Assembly: GCA_963808795.1 (NCBI GenBank)
Contig: CAWEGL010000001.1
Location: 127,381-191,380 of the forward strand
Length of the DNA: 64,000 nt
From: an uncultured Acidobacteriota bacterium
GTDB lineage: Bacteria; Acidobacteriota; Terriglobia; Terriglobales; Acidobacteriaceae
Direction: 5' to 3'
The position numbers and the translations under genes are program-made. A model generated the notes under the pieces. It was not told the DNA's origin, searched no databases, and saw only the letters and a program-made list of their open reading frames with translations. The stretch's first letter is position 1. Each line of letters begins with the position of its first letter. Below, in pieces: positions 39,965 to 49,334 of this stretch.

Positions 39965-40250
39965 CCGCTTCGCCGCATCCGCAATCGCCAACGGAAGGCT
40001 TACCTGGCCCAGTTCGCCCCAGTATTCTGCGTCCGGCCGCCAGTGGTTTCTCCATCCGGGCGACCGTATCGGATCCCAGCGCCTCCATGACACACTGTCG
40101 TTTCAGCATGGCGGCAAGGATGCGCAGCGTTTCATCCACATCTTGCCACGAACTCCCTTGTGCCAGTGCCTGCGTCACCATCTTTTCGGTGCATGGCTCG
40201 CAGCCGCCTACAACGACTACGGCGATAGGTATCAGATTCTGAAGATTGCA
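39933..40250 (-). pseudogene. AhpD/CMD-like CxxC protein with a disrupted 5' end
   Basis: Extending ORF 39933..40181 upstream gives NLIPIAVVVVGGCEPCTEKMVTQALAQG..WQDVDETL, bounded by an in-frame TAA at 40253-40251. The nearby ATG (40251) is in another frame. Confidence 0.6.
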
Positions 40251-40622
40251 TTATGCCGGTCCCGGCATAACGGCGGGCCAGCGCACGGTCAACAAAGTCG
40301 ACATCCTTCCTCTGATAAGGACGAGCAGGGTTATCGTCTTTTAGTTCACGAATGAGGCGTCCTCGGTTCTTGCACGCCGATGTGTACGCCCAGATGGCGC
40401 AGGCATGGAGCGATGTCGAGGATGATCTCCCGAAGCGGCCCTAAACACCAGTCTATAAAAGGATGCTGGTTGCGCATGGCGAATGGCGAATGGCGCCTCG
40501 CGACCTGTTGCCCCCTGCGGAATCCTGATTGTGGGCACAAGAATTCTGATTGCCGCGAACAAACTACCAGAAAGTGCAGTCGAGACGCGAGCCGGGACGC
40601 TCCAACCATTCTTTGCTGCTCC

Positions 40623-40662
40623 CGTGACGGCGATCACAGACCGTAGGTTGGCTATATGGCAA
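40623..40662. promoter_or_regulatory. CRP-type box plus a candidate ArsR operator
   Basis: CGTGA-CGGCGA-TCACA (40623-40638); imperfect palindrome TTGGCTATATGGCAA (40648-40662) just before arsR. Confidence 0.65.
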
Positions 40663-40691
40663 TGTGGTCAATAAGGAAACTTAGTGGCACG

Positions 40692-40985
40692 ATGGACAAA
40701 CGGAATCCCTTTATGAAACAGGCCAGGATGCTCAAGGCGTTGGCTCACGAGTCCCGCCTGATGATTGTGGACCGGCTGAGTCGCGGAGAATGCTCCGTTG
40801 GGGATCTTAGGGATCTCGTCGGCGGCGATCTGTCGACCGTTTCCAAACATCTGGCCCTGCTGCGTGCGCACGGGATCGTCGAGGACAGGCGTGAGGGCAC
40901 GACTGTGTACTACAGGTTGCTGACGCCCTGCGTGTGCAACTTCTTCACCTGCGCTACGCAGGTTCTCAAGGAAAGATCGAGGTAG
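40692..40985 (+). CDS. ArsR-family regulator with a C-terminal Cys cluster
   Basis: LKALAHESRL, STVSKHL, PCVCNFFTC. Confidence 0.9.
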   Translation: MDKRNPFMKQARMLKALAHESRLMIVDRLSRGECSVGDLRDLVGGDLSTVSKHLALLRAHGIVEDRREGTTVYYRLLTPCVCNFFTCATQVLKERSR

Positions 40986-40988
40986 ATC

Positions 40989-41234
40989 ATGCAGATCCAA
41001 ATATTGGGCACGGGCTGCAGTAAATGCGAGATGCTGACGGCGAACGCAGAGAAAGCGGTTCAGGAGCTTGGGTTGAATGCGGAGATCGAGAAGGTCACGG
41101 ACATTCAGGACATCATGAAGTTCCAGATTCTGATGACTCCCGGTTTGGTGATTGACGGAAAGGTCAAGACTGCAGGCCGCATACCACCTCCGGAAGAAAT
41201 CAAGAAGATGCTCCAGGAAGCGGGAGGTAATTAA
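40989..41234 (+). CDS. Small thioredoxin-like redox-active disulfide protein (MTH895/TM0996 type)
   Basis: ILGTGCSKC, MTPGLVIDG. Confidence 0.9.
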   Translation: MQIQILGTGCSKCEMLTANAEKAVQELGLNAEIEKVTDIQDIMKFQILMTPGLVIDGKVKTAGRIPPPEEIKKMLQEAGGN

Positions 41235-41612
41235 ATGGCTGACGAACGTCCTGGTTTGGTGATGTGTGTCTGCACCGGCAAGTGTCCCGGCTTCGAGAAG
41301 ATGGATATCTGGGATTTCATCAATCGGGCTCGCGTCGAACTGCCGGTCGAATTTGGCGTGATTCATCCGCAACTGTGCGAACAGGATGGAGACCGCTTCC
41401 TGGCCGATTTTCTTGAGGCCAAGCGGCCTCTGGTCATCGCGGCCTGCGCACCCAACATGCAGTTCAAGATGTTCCGCGATGCCTTTGCAGCGAAGGGGAT
41501 GGATGTGAAGCGGGACATGACTCCGCTGGACATCCGTGACATGACAACCGACGAGGCCGTCGAGAAGGTCGCTACAGCTCTCCGCGAAATGGGGGTAAAA
41601 GAAGATGTCTGA
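41235..41612 (+). CDS. Stand-alone homologue of the HdrA N-terminal domain
   Basis: MCVCTGKC..HPQLC..LVIAACAP..FR..DIR aligns by eye with ICRCGG..TFVC..VVVASCSP..FR..NIR of 24308..26203. Confidence 0.65.
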   Translation: MADERPGLVMCVCTGKCPGFEKMDIWDFINRARVELPVEFGVIHPQLCEQDGDRFLADFLEAKRPLVIAACAPNMQFKMFRDAFAAKGMDVKRDMTPLDIRDMTTDEAVEKVATALREMGVKEDV

Positions 41613-41892
41613 CACGACTTTCATGGGAGTGCCGCGAGATAAAATCCCGTGGTTTCCGACGATTGACTACAACAAATGCACTTTCTGTATGGAGTGCGAC
41701 ACCTTCTGTCCACACCACGTGTATGAGCGGCGGGATGGCGACCGGAAACTGGTGGTGGCGAACCCGAACAATTGCGTCGTGTTTTGCCGCGCCTGCTCGA
41801 AGACCTGCGGCCCGGAAGCTCTGTCGTTTCCCGACAAGACAGAAATTCTTGCCCAAATCAAGCAAATTCGCGCCGAGGAGAGTGTCAAATGA
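41605..41892 (+). CDS. 2x[4Fe-4S] ferredoxin
   Basis: CTFCMECDTFCP and CVVFCRACSKTC. Confidence 0.9.
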   Translation: MSDTTFMGVPRDKIPWFPTIDYNKCTFCMECDTFCPHHVYERRDGDRKLVVANPNNCVVFCRACSKTCGPEALSFPDKTEILAQIKQIRAEESVK

Positions 41893-42734
41893 CTCGCGCC
41901 ATTCTCGCCTGCAGCGGTCTGGACAAACCCGAAGGCTCGGTAGCGCGGGAAGTGGCAATCCGCGTCGCCGCGGCCACGGGCAGCGAAATCATTTGCCCGG
42001 TGCTGCTGAATCGGGCACCGGCGCGCTATAAGAAGGCGCTCGGTGAGAGCGCTCTGATCGTTGTCGATGGTTGCCCCACACGCTGTGCGAGCAAACTGGC
42101 AACCACCCTTCAGGCGACCGTAGATCGGAAGGTTCTGATTTCCGATGCCGTAAAGGCAACCGGCCGGTCGCTGAAGCCCGCGCTCACGCTCGCGCCGGAT
42201 GACCTTGCACTGACGCAGTCTATCGTCGATGAGCTGGTGCGCAACCTGAACACGCCCGCACCAGTTGAGGAGCTGGCGAGTGCATTCGAATCGCCAACCG
42301 AATACCTGGTCGTAACTCACGACAAGTTTGAATTCCGCATTCCCGCTGTGGACTACCTCTTCAATGAGAACGACGTCTGGGTCCGGGCACTGGACGGCGT
42401 TGCGCGCGTCGGTATCTCCGACTACATGCAGCAGAAGCTGACCGACATCAACTACTTCGATCCGCCGAAGACGGATGGATCCGTGGAACAGTTCGGTGAA
42501 CTGGGCACGCTCGAATCGGCCAAAGCTGTATTCGAGATCATTGCGCCGGGAAGCGGTTCCATCGTTGCCGTTAACCCGGCCGTCGTCGCCAATCCGGGAC
42601 TCATCAACGAAGATCCTTACGGCGCCGGCTGGCTTGTTGAACTGAAACTGACCGCCTGGCAGCAGGATGTCGAGTTGCTCCTGGACGGCGGCGCGTATGC
42701 GGATGTGGTCAAGCGCAAAGCAGCCGAGGATTGA
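41889..42734 (+). CDS. DGC-domain (putative Zn/Cys) protein fused to a GcvH-like lipoyl carrier
   Basis: N-terminal ACSG..ICP..VDGCPTRCA; C-terminal RVGISDY, LESAKAV (lipoyl Lys), NEDPYGAGWL. Confidence 0.88.
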   Translation: MTRAILACSGLDKPEGSVAREVAIRVAAATGSEIICPVLLNRAPARYKKALGESALIVVDGCPTRCASKLATTLQATVDRKVLISDAVKATGRSLKPALTLAPDDLALTQSIVDELVRNLNTPAPVEELASAFESPTEYLVVTHDKFEFRIPAVDYLFNENDVWVRALDGVARVGISDYMQQKLTDINYFDPPKTDGSVEQFGELGTLESAKAVFEIIAPGSGSIVAVNPAVVANPGLINEDPYGAGWLVELKLTAWQQDVELLLDGGAYADVVKRKAAED

Positions 42735-42747
42735 GAGGGTGAGCCGA

Positions 42748-43176
42748 ATGACGAACGACTTTCGAGAAAAGACGGTATTGGTGATCCCGTGCAGCGGGAT
42801 CGGAAAAGTCCACGGTTTGATTGGCCGCGAGGCGACCTACCAGGTGACAGAAGAGCTGGCGCCCCAACAGACCGAAACGATGTGTCTCGCGCTTCTCGTG
42901 AAAGGCGACACGGATGCGGTCGCCGCAGTGCAGACGCATCCCTGCATCACCATCGACGGCTGCGCCAAGGCCTGCGCGCAGAAGAATGTTGAGATGGCCC
43001 GCGGTCAGGTCGCGAAGGCAATTCAGGTGGCCGAAGCCTTCAGAAACTTTCGCGGTGCGAAGCCGGGCAGCGCCACGTCCCTGACAGAAGACGGATGGAA
43101 CATTACGCGGCACGTCGCCGGCGCCGTTGCTTGCGAGGCGAGCCGCGTAGCAGCGAGCGGGGAGACGATTCGATGA
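42748..43176 (+). CDS. DGC-domain protein
   Basis: IPCSG, MCL, IDGCAKACA. Confidence 0.88.
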   Translation: MTNDFREKTVLVIPCSGIGKVHGLIGREATYQVTEELAPQQTETMCLALLVKGDTDAVAAVQTHPCITIDGCAKACAQKNVEMARGQVAKAIQVAEAFRNFRGAKPGSATSLTEDGWNITRHVAGAVACEASRVAASGETIR

Positions 43177-43871
43177 GCGCGGACGTCACGAAGGTTGGCA
43201 TCATCTCGTGCAGCGGCGAGGCAATTCCGGAGGGCACGGTTTCGCGCCTCGCAACACGCAGGGTCCTGGAACTGCTGCGCCCGGATGTGACCGTCACGCT
43301 TTGTCTGCCGCTGTTTTTAGCGGGCAACGAAGGCGAGCGAAACTTTGCCCGGACCCATCCGACCATTACAGTGGATGGCTGCTCGAAGCAGTGCGCCAAG
43401 TGGGGCACCGAGAAGCACAGCAGCCCGGTAAGCAGCGCTCTGGTGGTATCGGAGATTCTGGGGAACGCGGGCGCCGCGTGTCATCGCTCCTGCCGCGAGG
43501 TATCGGAGACAGACCTGGAAGCAGTTTGGGCCGTTGCCGAGCGCATCGCTGCCGAAGTGGATGCGGTCCTGGCGACGGACGCCCCGCGCGACGCGGCAGC
43601 AAAAACCAGCAAGGGCCAGTGCGCCTGCTCCAGCCCGATTCCTGGAGGAACCGTCACGGTCAGGGAAACGAATGTGACCATACCCGGTCTGACCTTGATC
43701 TTTGCGCAATGCGCAGAGCGCGGCATTCCGGCCGAAGGCGGAGATGGCGCGGCGTTAATCGATGCCGTCAGAATCTATCACGCGATCGGCCCGGAAGATG
43801 AGGCAGAATATCGAGCCGCTCTTATCGAGGCATATCGAAAGTTCCGGAGCGGAATGAGCGGAGGAAAATGA
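43173..43871 (+). CDS. DGC-domain protein with an extra C-terminal domain (CxC)
   Basis: ISCSG, LCL, VDGCSKQCA; CHRSC; QCACSS. Confidence 0.85.
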   Translation: MSADVTKVGIISCSGEAIPEGTVSRLATRRVLELLRPDVTVTLCLPLFLAGNEGERNFARTHPTITVDGCSKQCAKWGTEKHSSPVSSALVVSEILGNAGAACHRSCREVSETDLEAVWAVAERIAAEVDAVLATDAPRDAAAKTSKGQCACSSPIPGGTVTVRETNVTIPGLTLIFAQCAERGIPAEGGDGAALIDAVRIYHAIGPEDEAEYRAALIEAYRKFRSGMSGGK

Positions 43872-44620
43872 TGGACGTCCTCTGTTGGTCAGCTCCAAGT
43901 GTCGCCGAGAATCTCGCCCTCGATGTGGAGTTGGCGAAATCGGCCTGGTCGACGGGTCGGCGACTCGTTCGCTTCTGGTGGGGCGATGGGCCTGCGGTCG
44001 TGATGGGATCGAGCGAGCGGCCCGAGGATGTAGTGGACGCGTCCGCCTGCGAAGCGTTTGGCGTTGCGGTTCTCAAACGATGCAGCGGAGGAGGCACGGT
44101 ACTCCAGACCAGCGGAGTGCTGAACTACTCGCTGATTACCCCGGCACCCGGCGATCTCAACGTGGGAGCGTCCTTTCGCCACGGCACAAATCTGATCTGC
44201 GCAATTCTTGCCGGCCTTGGGGTAACAGGCGTACCGCAGGGCACCTCGGATGTAACCGTTGGAAACTGCAAGATCTCAGGCAACGCGCAGGCCCGGCGCT
44301 GGAAGGCGCTGCTGGTGCACGGCACGCTGCTGGTGGATTTTGATTTTGCCCTGGCGGAGAGGGCTCTACTTCATCCGCCACGCGAGCCGGAGTATCGCCG
44401 GGGACGGAACCATCGCGACTTTCTGGTGACCCTGGGTGCTCTGGGCGTTCATGCAAGCCGCATTGAGATCGAGAAGGCGGCGATTCATGCTGCGGGGGAA
44501 CTCTTCGGCGGCGCGAGCCTGCGACCGGGTTCCACCGCTTCGCACCTCCCGGCGCCTGTCATTCCGTCGGCGTCAAGCATCCAGCCGGAAATCTTCGAGG
44601 CTCAGGAACGTCAGCCTTAG
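43868..44620 (+). CDS. Lipoate-protein ligase (BPL/LplA catalytic domain only)
   Basis: ENLALD, KRCSGGGTV, KISGNAQ, LVHGTLL. Confidence 0.9.
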   Translation: MMDVLCWSAPSVAENLALDVELAKSAWSTGRRLVRFWWGDGPAVVMGSSERPEDVVDASACEAFGVAVLKRCSGGGTVLQTSGVLNYSLITPAPGDLNVGASFRHGTNLICAILAGLGVTGVPQGTSDVTVGNCKISGNAQARRWKALLVHGTLLVDFDFALAERALLHPPREPEYRRGRNHRDFLVTLGALGVHASRIEIEKAAIHAAGELFGGASLRPGSTASHLPAPVIPSASSIQPEIFEAQERQP

Positions 44621-44655
44621 GAGAATTTTTGCATTGTGAATGAGAGGAGATATTC

Positions 44656-45030
44656 GTGAATTCTGAACAGAAACCCACCGTGGATCAAGTCTTCGGTATG
44701 ATGCGCAAAACCATGGGGTCAATCCCATCCGCGATTGAGAAGGCGACCTCCGTCGATGAAGGGCTGCTCTATGAGCATCTGCGTTCGAGAGCCTACGCAA
44801 TGCCTGCGGAGGGGGCTCTCGATGAAGAGACGCGCACCCTGATCTATCTTGCGTCGGCGCTTGCTGGCAGCAGCAAGGCGTGCATTCAAGCAATGGCTAA
44901 CAAGGCGAAGATGCAGGGCATCGCGCCGGAAAAAGTGTTGGAGACGGTACGCATTGTGCGGTTCGCACTGGCGACCAAGGTCGTCGGGGATGCGGAGCCG
45001 GTTTTCGAGGCGCTGCGAAGCGTCGAGTGA
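44656..45030 (+). CDS. CMD/AhpD-like protein with one Cys
   Basis: GALDEETRTLIYLASALA..SKAC..A...G...E...E. Confidence 0.7.
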   Translation: MNSEQKPTVDQVFGMMRKTMGSIPSAIEKATSVDEGLLYEHLRSRAYAMPAEGALDEETRTLIYLASALAGSSKACIQAMANKAKMQGIAPEKVLETVRIVRFALATKVVGDAEPVFEALRSVE

Positions 45031-45081
45031 AAGCGCTGTGCACGGCGAGAACGGAACAATGACTTACTCAGGTGGAGTGAA

Positions 45082-46485
45082 ATGACAGTGTTCTCGATCA
45101 GAAGCATCTTCTACAACTCGTCCAGAACGAAGAACTCCATTCTGCTCAGGCGTTTTTCCTCGGCGCTCTCACTTGTCTTACTGTTGATCTTGTGGAGCGC
45201 GACACTCGCCGCGGCGCAAACGGCCGGGGAGGATCTCGAAACAGCCTATCAGCAAGCGGCTAGTTCTTCTCCGCTGATTGCCCAGGCCCGCGCACAACTG
45301 GATGCGGATCTGGCGGGTAAACCTCTGGCGCGCTCGGCGTTGCTTCCCCATGTCAACGCGGCTGCCAGCGGCGGCATGAATACGGGACGCGTGACGGGTT
45401 TCGGCGCTCAGACAATTTCTACTGGCTACCACTCCGATACATTCAGCGCCAGCTTGACAGAGTCGCTCTTCGATGGCCAGAGTCTCATTGCCATGAGGCA
45501 GGCGGACAGCCGGATTCAGTCGAGTGAGGCAGCCTTGGCGTACGTGCAGCAGGTCGTTGCACTGGAGGTCACGCAGGCTTACTTCGGCGTTCTGCAAGCG
45601 CAAGCGAACGAGCGGGTCGCGCAGCAGCAGGTTGAGTTGTTGCAAAGCATCTATGGCCAGACAAATGCCAGCCTTAAGGTTGGGACGGGAGACATCATCT
45701 CTGTCCAGGAGGCGCGTGCACAACTGGATGCTGCAAATGCCGATCTGATCACGGCGAAGAATGCGGTCGCGGTGGCACAGAGCCAGTTGGAACGTCTCAC
45801 GCATCATCCGGTTGGGGTCCTGCAGGACGTAACGACTTTGCAGGCAATTGGTCCCCAGCCGGATACCGTGGATGCCTGGGTCGCTGCCGCCCTTAAGAAC
45901 CAGCCGCTCCTGCGACAGGCCAGGGCGACCCTGCACGTTTCCGTACAACAGGTCCAGTATGCAGAGCGAGCACGCTGGCCAACCCTGACCCTGAGCGGAG
46001 TCGGACAGCACGCTGCGGGCACATTGATACCGCCGGTTGCTATTGACCAGGTCGGCGCTTCACTCAACCTTTCGATTCCGATCTTTGAGGGTGGACACAC
46101 GCGGGCAAGCATTCATCAGGCCCAGGCACTCGCGCGAGCGAGCAAAGAGAACCTCGCGAATGCGCAGGATCAGATCACATTGGATACGCAAACCGCATTC
46201 CTTGATCTCGAGAACAGTGTTGCTCAGTACCGGGCCGCCGAGCAGTCGGTCACTTCCGCGAAGGTATCGCTCGATGGCACCCGCAAAGGCTATGAAATCG
46301 GGAGCCGGTCGATCATCGATCTGCTGACAGCGACGACGAACTACGCGGCAGCGCAGCGCACCTACTATCTGGCTCTCTATACGCAACTGGTAGCGAGAAC
46401 ACAGCTCAAGGCGGCAGCGGGGGTATTGACACCTCTGGATATTGAAGACATCAATTCGCTGCTCGATGGCAACACCTCCAAGTGA
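45082..46485 (+). CDS. TolC-family outer membrane protein
   Basis: Signal peptide; GTGD..SV.EA and GYEIGSRSIIDLL repeats. Confidence 0.9.
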   Translation: MTVFSIRSIFYNSSRTKNSILLRRFSSALSLVLLLILWSATLAAAQTAGEDLETAYQQAASSSPLIAQARAQLDADLAGKPLARSALLPHVNAAASGGMNTGRVTGFGAQTISTGYHSDTFSASLTESLFDGQSLIAMRQADSRIQSSEAALAYVQQVVALEVTQAYFGVLQAQANERVAQQQVELLQSIYGQTNASLKVGTGDIISVQEARAQLDAANADLITAKNAVAVAQSQLERLTHHPVGVLQDVTTLQAIGPQPDTVDAWVAAALKNQPLLRQARATLHVSVQQVQYAERARWPTLTLSGVGQHAAGTLIPPVAIDQVGASLNLSIPIFEGGHTRASIHQAQALARASKENLANAQDQITLDTQTAFLDLENSVAQYRAAEQSVTSAKVSLDGTRKGYEIGSRSIIDLLTATTNYAAAQRTYYLALYTQLVARTQLKAAAGVLTPLDIEDINSLLDGNTSK

Positions 46486-46516
46486 GTACGAACGCGGGTT
46501 GATTGGGAGATTCTCC

Positions 46517-47599
46517 ATGATTTCGGTCAGGAAGCGCATTTCGATTCTGGCAATTGTGATCCTTCTTGCTGCGGGTTTCTTCGTCTGGCGCAGGCTCCAG
46601 CAGAAGGGCGCGGCCAGCGACAGCATCACGCTTTATGGCAACGTCGACATCCGCCAGGTGCAAGTCGCCTTTAATGACAGTGAGCGCATCGACAAACTGC
46701 TGGTGGATGAAGGCAGCGCGGTGCACGCCGGGCAGTTGATTGGCCAGCTGGTTCAGCAGCGCATTTCCGATGCCGTCGCACAGGACCAAGCAGTCGTCGC
46801 TGCGCAACAGCAGGTGGTTGCAAGGCTGCGGGCTGGGAGCCGTCCGGAGGAAGTCGCAGAGGCGCGCGCCGATGTGGCTGCCGCGCAAGCGAACGTGGCC
46901 GCCGCTCAGGCCAATGTGAAGAATGCCGAGCTGCTTTACCACCGTCAGCAAACCCTGGCGAAACAGCAATACGTCTCCCTGCAAATTCGCGACGATGCCG
47001 AACGCGCGTATCTGGCCCAGCAGGCCGACCTGACAGCCAGGCAACAGATACTGGCTGCCCAACAGCAGGCCTTGCAACTCGCCGTCATCGGCCCTCGCAA
47101 AGAGGACATCGCCGCAGCGGAAGCCACACTCCAGGCAGATATCGCAGCGTTAGCTCTGGCGCAAAAGCAGCTGGCCGATACGCAGCTCTATGCTCCTTCA
47201 GAAGGTGTCATTCAGAATCGAATTCTGGAGCCGGGCGATATGGCCACTCCACAAACGCCGGTGTTTACGCTGGCCCTCGACAATCCTCTCTGGGTGCGTG
47301 CCTACCTGCCCGAACCGCAGATGGGCAAGGTGGCTCTTGGCATGCGTGCGTGGATCGAGTCGGACAGCTTCCCCGGCCAGCGTTTTCCTGGATGGATCGG
47401 CTTCATCTCTCCGGTATCGGAGTTTACGCCAAAGAACGTCGAGACCACGGAGCTGCGCTCGCAGCTTGTCTATCGCGTGCGCGTCTATGCCTGCAACCCC
47501 GACCATCGCCTGCGTCTGGGCATGCCGGCAACGGTCATCATCCCGCTTAGCAACAATCCTGCCCACGGAATCGATGCCCATCCTTGCGAGGGAAAGTGA
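46517..47599 (+). CDS. HlyD-family adaptor (YbhG-like)
   Basis: TLYGNVDIR, SEFTPKNVET..LR..LVYRVR. Confidence 0.9.
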   Translation: MISVRKRISILAIVILLAAGFFVWRRLQQKGAASDSITLYGNVDIRQVQVAFNDSERIDKLLVDEGSAVHAGQLIGQLVQQRISDAVAQDQAVVAAQQQVVARLRAGSRPEEVAEARADVAAAQANVAAAQANVKNAELLYHRQQTLAKQQYVSLQIRDDAERAYLAQQADLTARQQILAAQQQALQLAVIGPRKEDIAAAEATLQADIAALALAQKQLADTQLYAPSEGVIQNRILEPGDMATPQTPVFTLALDNPLWVRAYLPEPQMGKVALGMRAWIESDSFPGQRFPGWIGFISPVSEFTPKNVETTELRSQLVYRVRVYACNPDHRLRLGMPATVIIPLSNNPAHGIDAHPCEGK

Positions 47600-47600
47600 G

Positions 47601-49334
47601 ATGGGGGCCGTCGTCGTAAGCAATCTGCGCAAGTCCTTCGGTAAAGGAGCGGGGCGCACAGAGGCGCTCAGGAATATCTCCTTCGAGATTTCGCAGGGGA
47701 GCATGACGGCGCTGATCGGTCCGGACGGTGCGGGGAAGACCACGCTGCTGCGGCTGCTGGCCGGCATCCTGGAGCCCAACTCCGGCGATCTTCGCGTACT
47801 CGGGCACGCGTTGCCGCGCGAGGTGCTGCAACTGCAGGCCAGGATCGGCTATATGCCGCAGCGCTTCGGGCTCTATGAAAGCCTCACGGTCGAAGAGAAT
47901 CTCGTGCTGTTCGCTGACCTGCACAACGTGCCGCAAGACGCGCGCGCGGCCCGCTTCGATGAGTTGCTCACTATGACGGCGCTCGGGCCCTTTCGCACGC
48001 GCCGCGCAGGGCAGTTATCCGGCGGCATGAAACAGAAACTCGGCCTCGCCTGTACCTTGATCCACCCTCCCGAACTGTTGCTCCTGGATGAAGCCAGCGT
48101 AGGCGTAGACCCCATTTCGCGGCGGGAACTGTGGAGCATCATCCAGCAGCAGGTCGTCGGCCAGCAGGTGACTGTTCTGCTGAGTACGGCTTATATGGAT
48201 GAAGCCGAGCGCTGCGATCACGTCATCCTCTTACACGAGGGGGAGATTCTCGCACAGGGGAGTCCCTCGCAACTCATCGCGCCCATGGAGGGCCACTCCT
48301 TCCTTCTGGAGGAAATCTCCACTGGCCCGCGCAATCTTCAGTCTCAGATCGCCCGGTTGCCGGGTGTGGTCGATACGGCGATCCAGGGTGACGGACTGCG
48401 CATCGTGATGGAAAAGGTTGAAGCGCCACCCTTACCCGCGAGTCTGGCTGTCCACGGTCTCTTGAAGCCGGTTGCGGCCCGGCTGGAAGATGCGTTCGTC
48501 AGTCTGCTCTTCAAGCGAACTTCGCATCATTCCATCCCGCTGCCTCCGCACCGGAATTCGGCAGGCGATGATGCCGCCGTTGTCGAGGTCAAGGGTCTTT
48601 CCCGTTATTTCGGCGCCTTCGCTGCGGTGAAGGATGTCAGTTTCTCTGTGCGCAGAGGAGAGATATTTGGGCTGCTCGGAGCCAACGGCGCCGGAAAGTC
48701 CACAACGTTCCGGATGCTCTGCGGCCTGCTTCCAGCCTCATCGGGAACGCTGAGGGTCGCAGGCGCAGATCTACGCACGGGTGCCGCGGCAGCGCGGGCA
48801 CGCATTGGATATGTGTCGCAGAAGTTCTCTCTTTATGGGGCTTTAAGTGTCCAGCAGAATCTGACTTTCTTCGCCAATGTCTATGGCCTTGAGAACCGCC
48901 GCAAAGGAGACCGAATCGCGTGGGCGCTCGATGAACTCGAACTGAAAGAATACATCGCCATGAACGCCGCGGAGTTGCCCCTGGGATACAAACAGCGCCT
49001 TGCGCTGGCCTGCGCGTTGATGCATGAGCCGAGCATTCTCTTTCTCGATGAGCCGACCTCCGGCGTCGATCCCTTGGCGCGCCGTGAATTCTGGGCGCGC
49101 GTGAATGCACTCGCGGAGGGTGGGACAACCTGTCTGGTGACCACTCACTTCATGGAAGAGGCGGAATACTGCGACCGTTTGGTCCTGATGTCACTGGGAG
49201 AAGTGCTTGCAGAAGGAACGCCCGCAGAGATCAAGACAAGGGTCCGCAGTGCAGACTATCCCAAACCGAGCATGGAAGATGCCTTCATCTCTCTGATTGA
49301 GGAACATGAGCGCGTGAGCCGGAGGGCCTCATGA
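47601..49334 (+). CDS. Dual-ATPase ABC subunit (YbhF-like)
   Basis: GPDGAGKT/LSGGMKQ and GANGAGKS/LPLGYKQ. Confidence 0.93.
   Translation: MGAVVVSNLRKSFGKGAGRTEALRNISFEISQGSMTALIGPDGAGKTTLLRLLAGILEPNSGDLRVLGHALPREVLQLQARIGYMPQRFGLYESLTVEENLVLFADLHNVPQDARAARFDELLTMTALGPFRTRRAGQLSGGMKQKLGLACTLIHPPELLLLDEASVGVDPISRRELWSIIQQQVVGQQVTVLLSTAYMDEAERCDHVILLHEGEILAQGSPSQLIAPMEGHSFLLEEISTGPRNLQSQIARLPGVVDTAIQGDGLRIVMEKVEAPPLPASLAVHGLLKPVAARLEDAFVSLLFKRTSHHSIPLPPHRNSAGDDAAVVEVKGLSRYFGAFAAVKDVSFSVRRGEIFGLLGANGAGKSTTFRMLCGLLPASSGTLRVAGADLRTGAAAARARIGYVSQKFSLYGALSVQQNLTFFANVYGLENRRKGDRIAWALDELELKEYIAMNAAELPLGYKQRLALACALMHEPSILFLDEPTSGVDPLARREFWARVNALAEGGTTCLVTTHFMEEAEYCDRLVLMSLGEVLAEGTPAEIKTRVRSADYPKPSMEDAFISLIEEHERVSRRAS

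Noticed and set aside
41889-44620. Glycine cleavage system or sHdr LbpA cluster
   Set aside because: No gcvP/T/L, sHdrB/C or LipS genes are present, and the lipoyl domain is fused to a DGC domain.
22467-45030. Selenocysteine recoding in the Hdr, MvhD or DGC genes
   Set aside because: No in-frame TGA was seen at Cys positions; the substitutions are sense codons.
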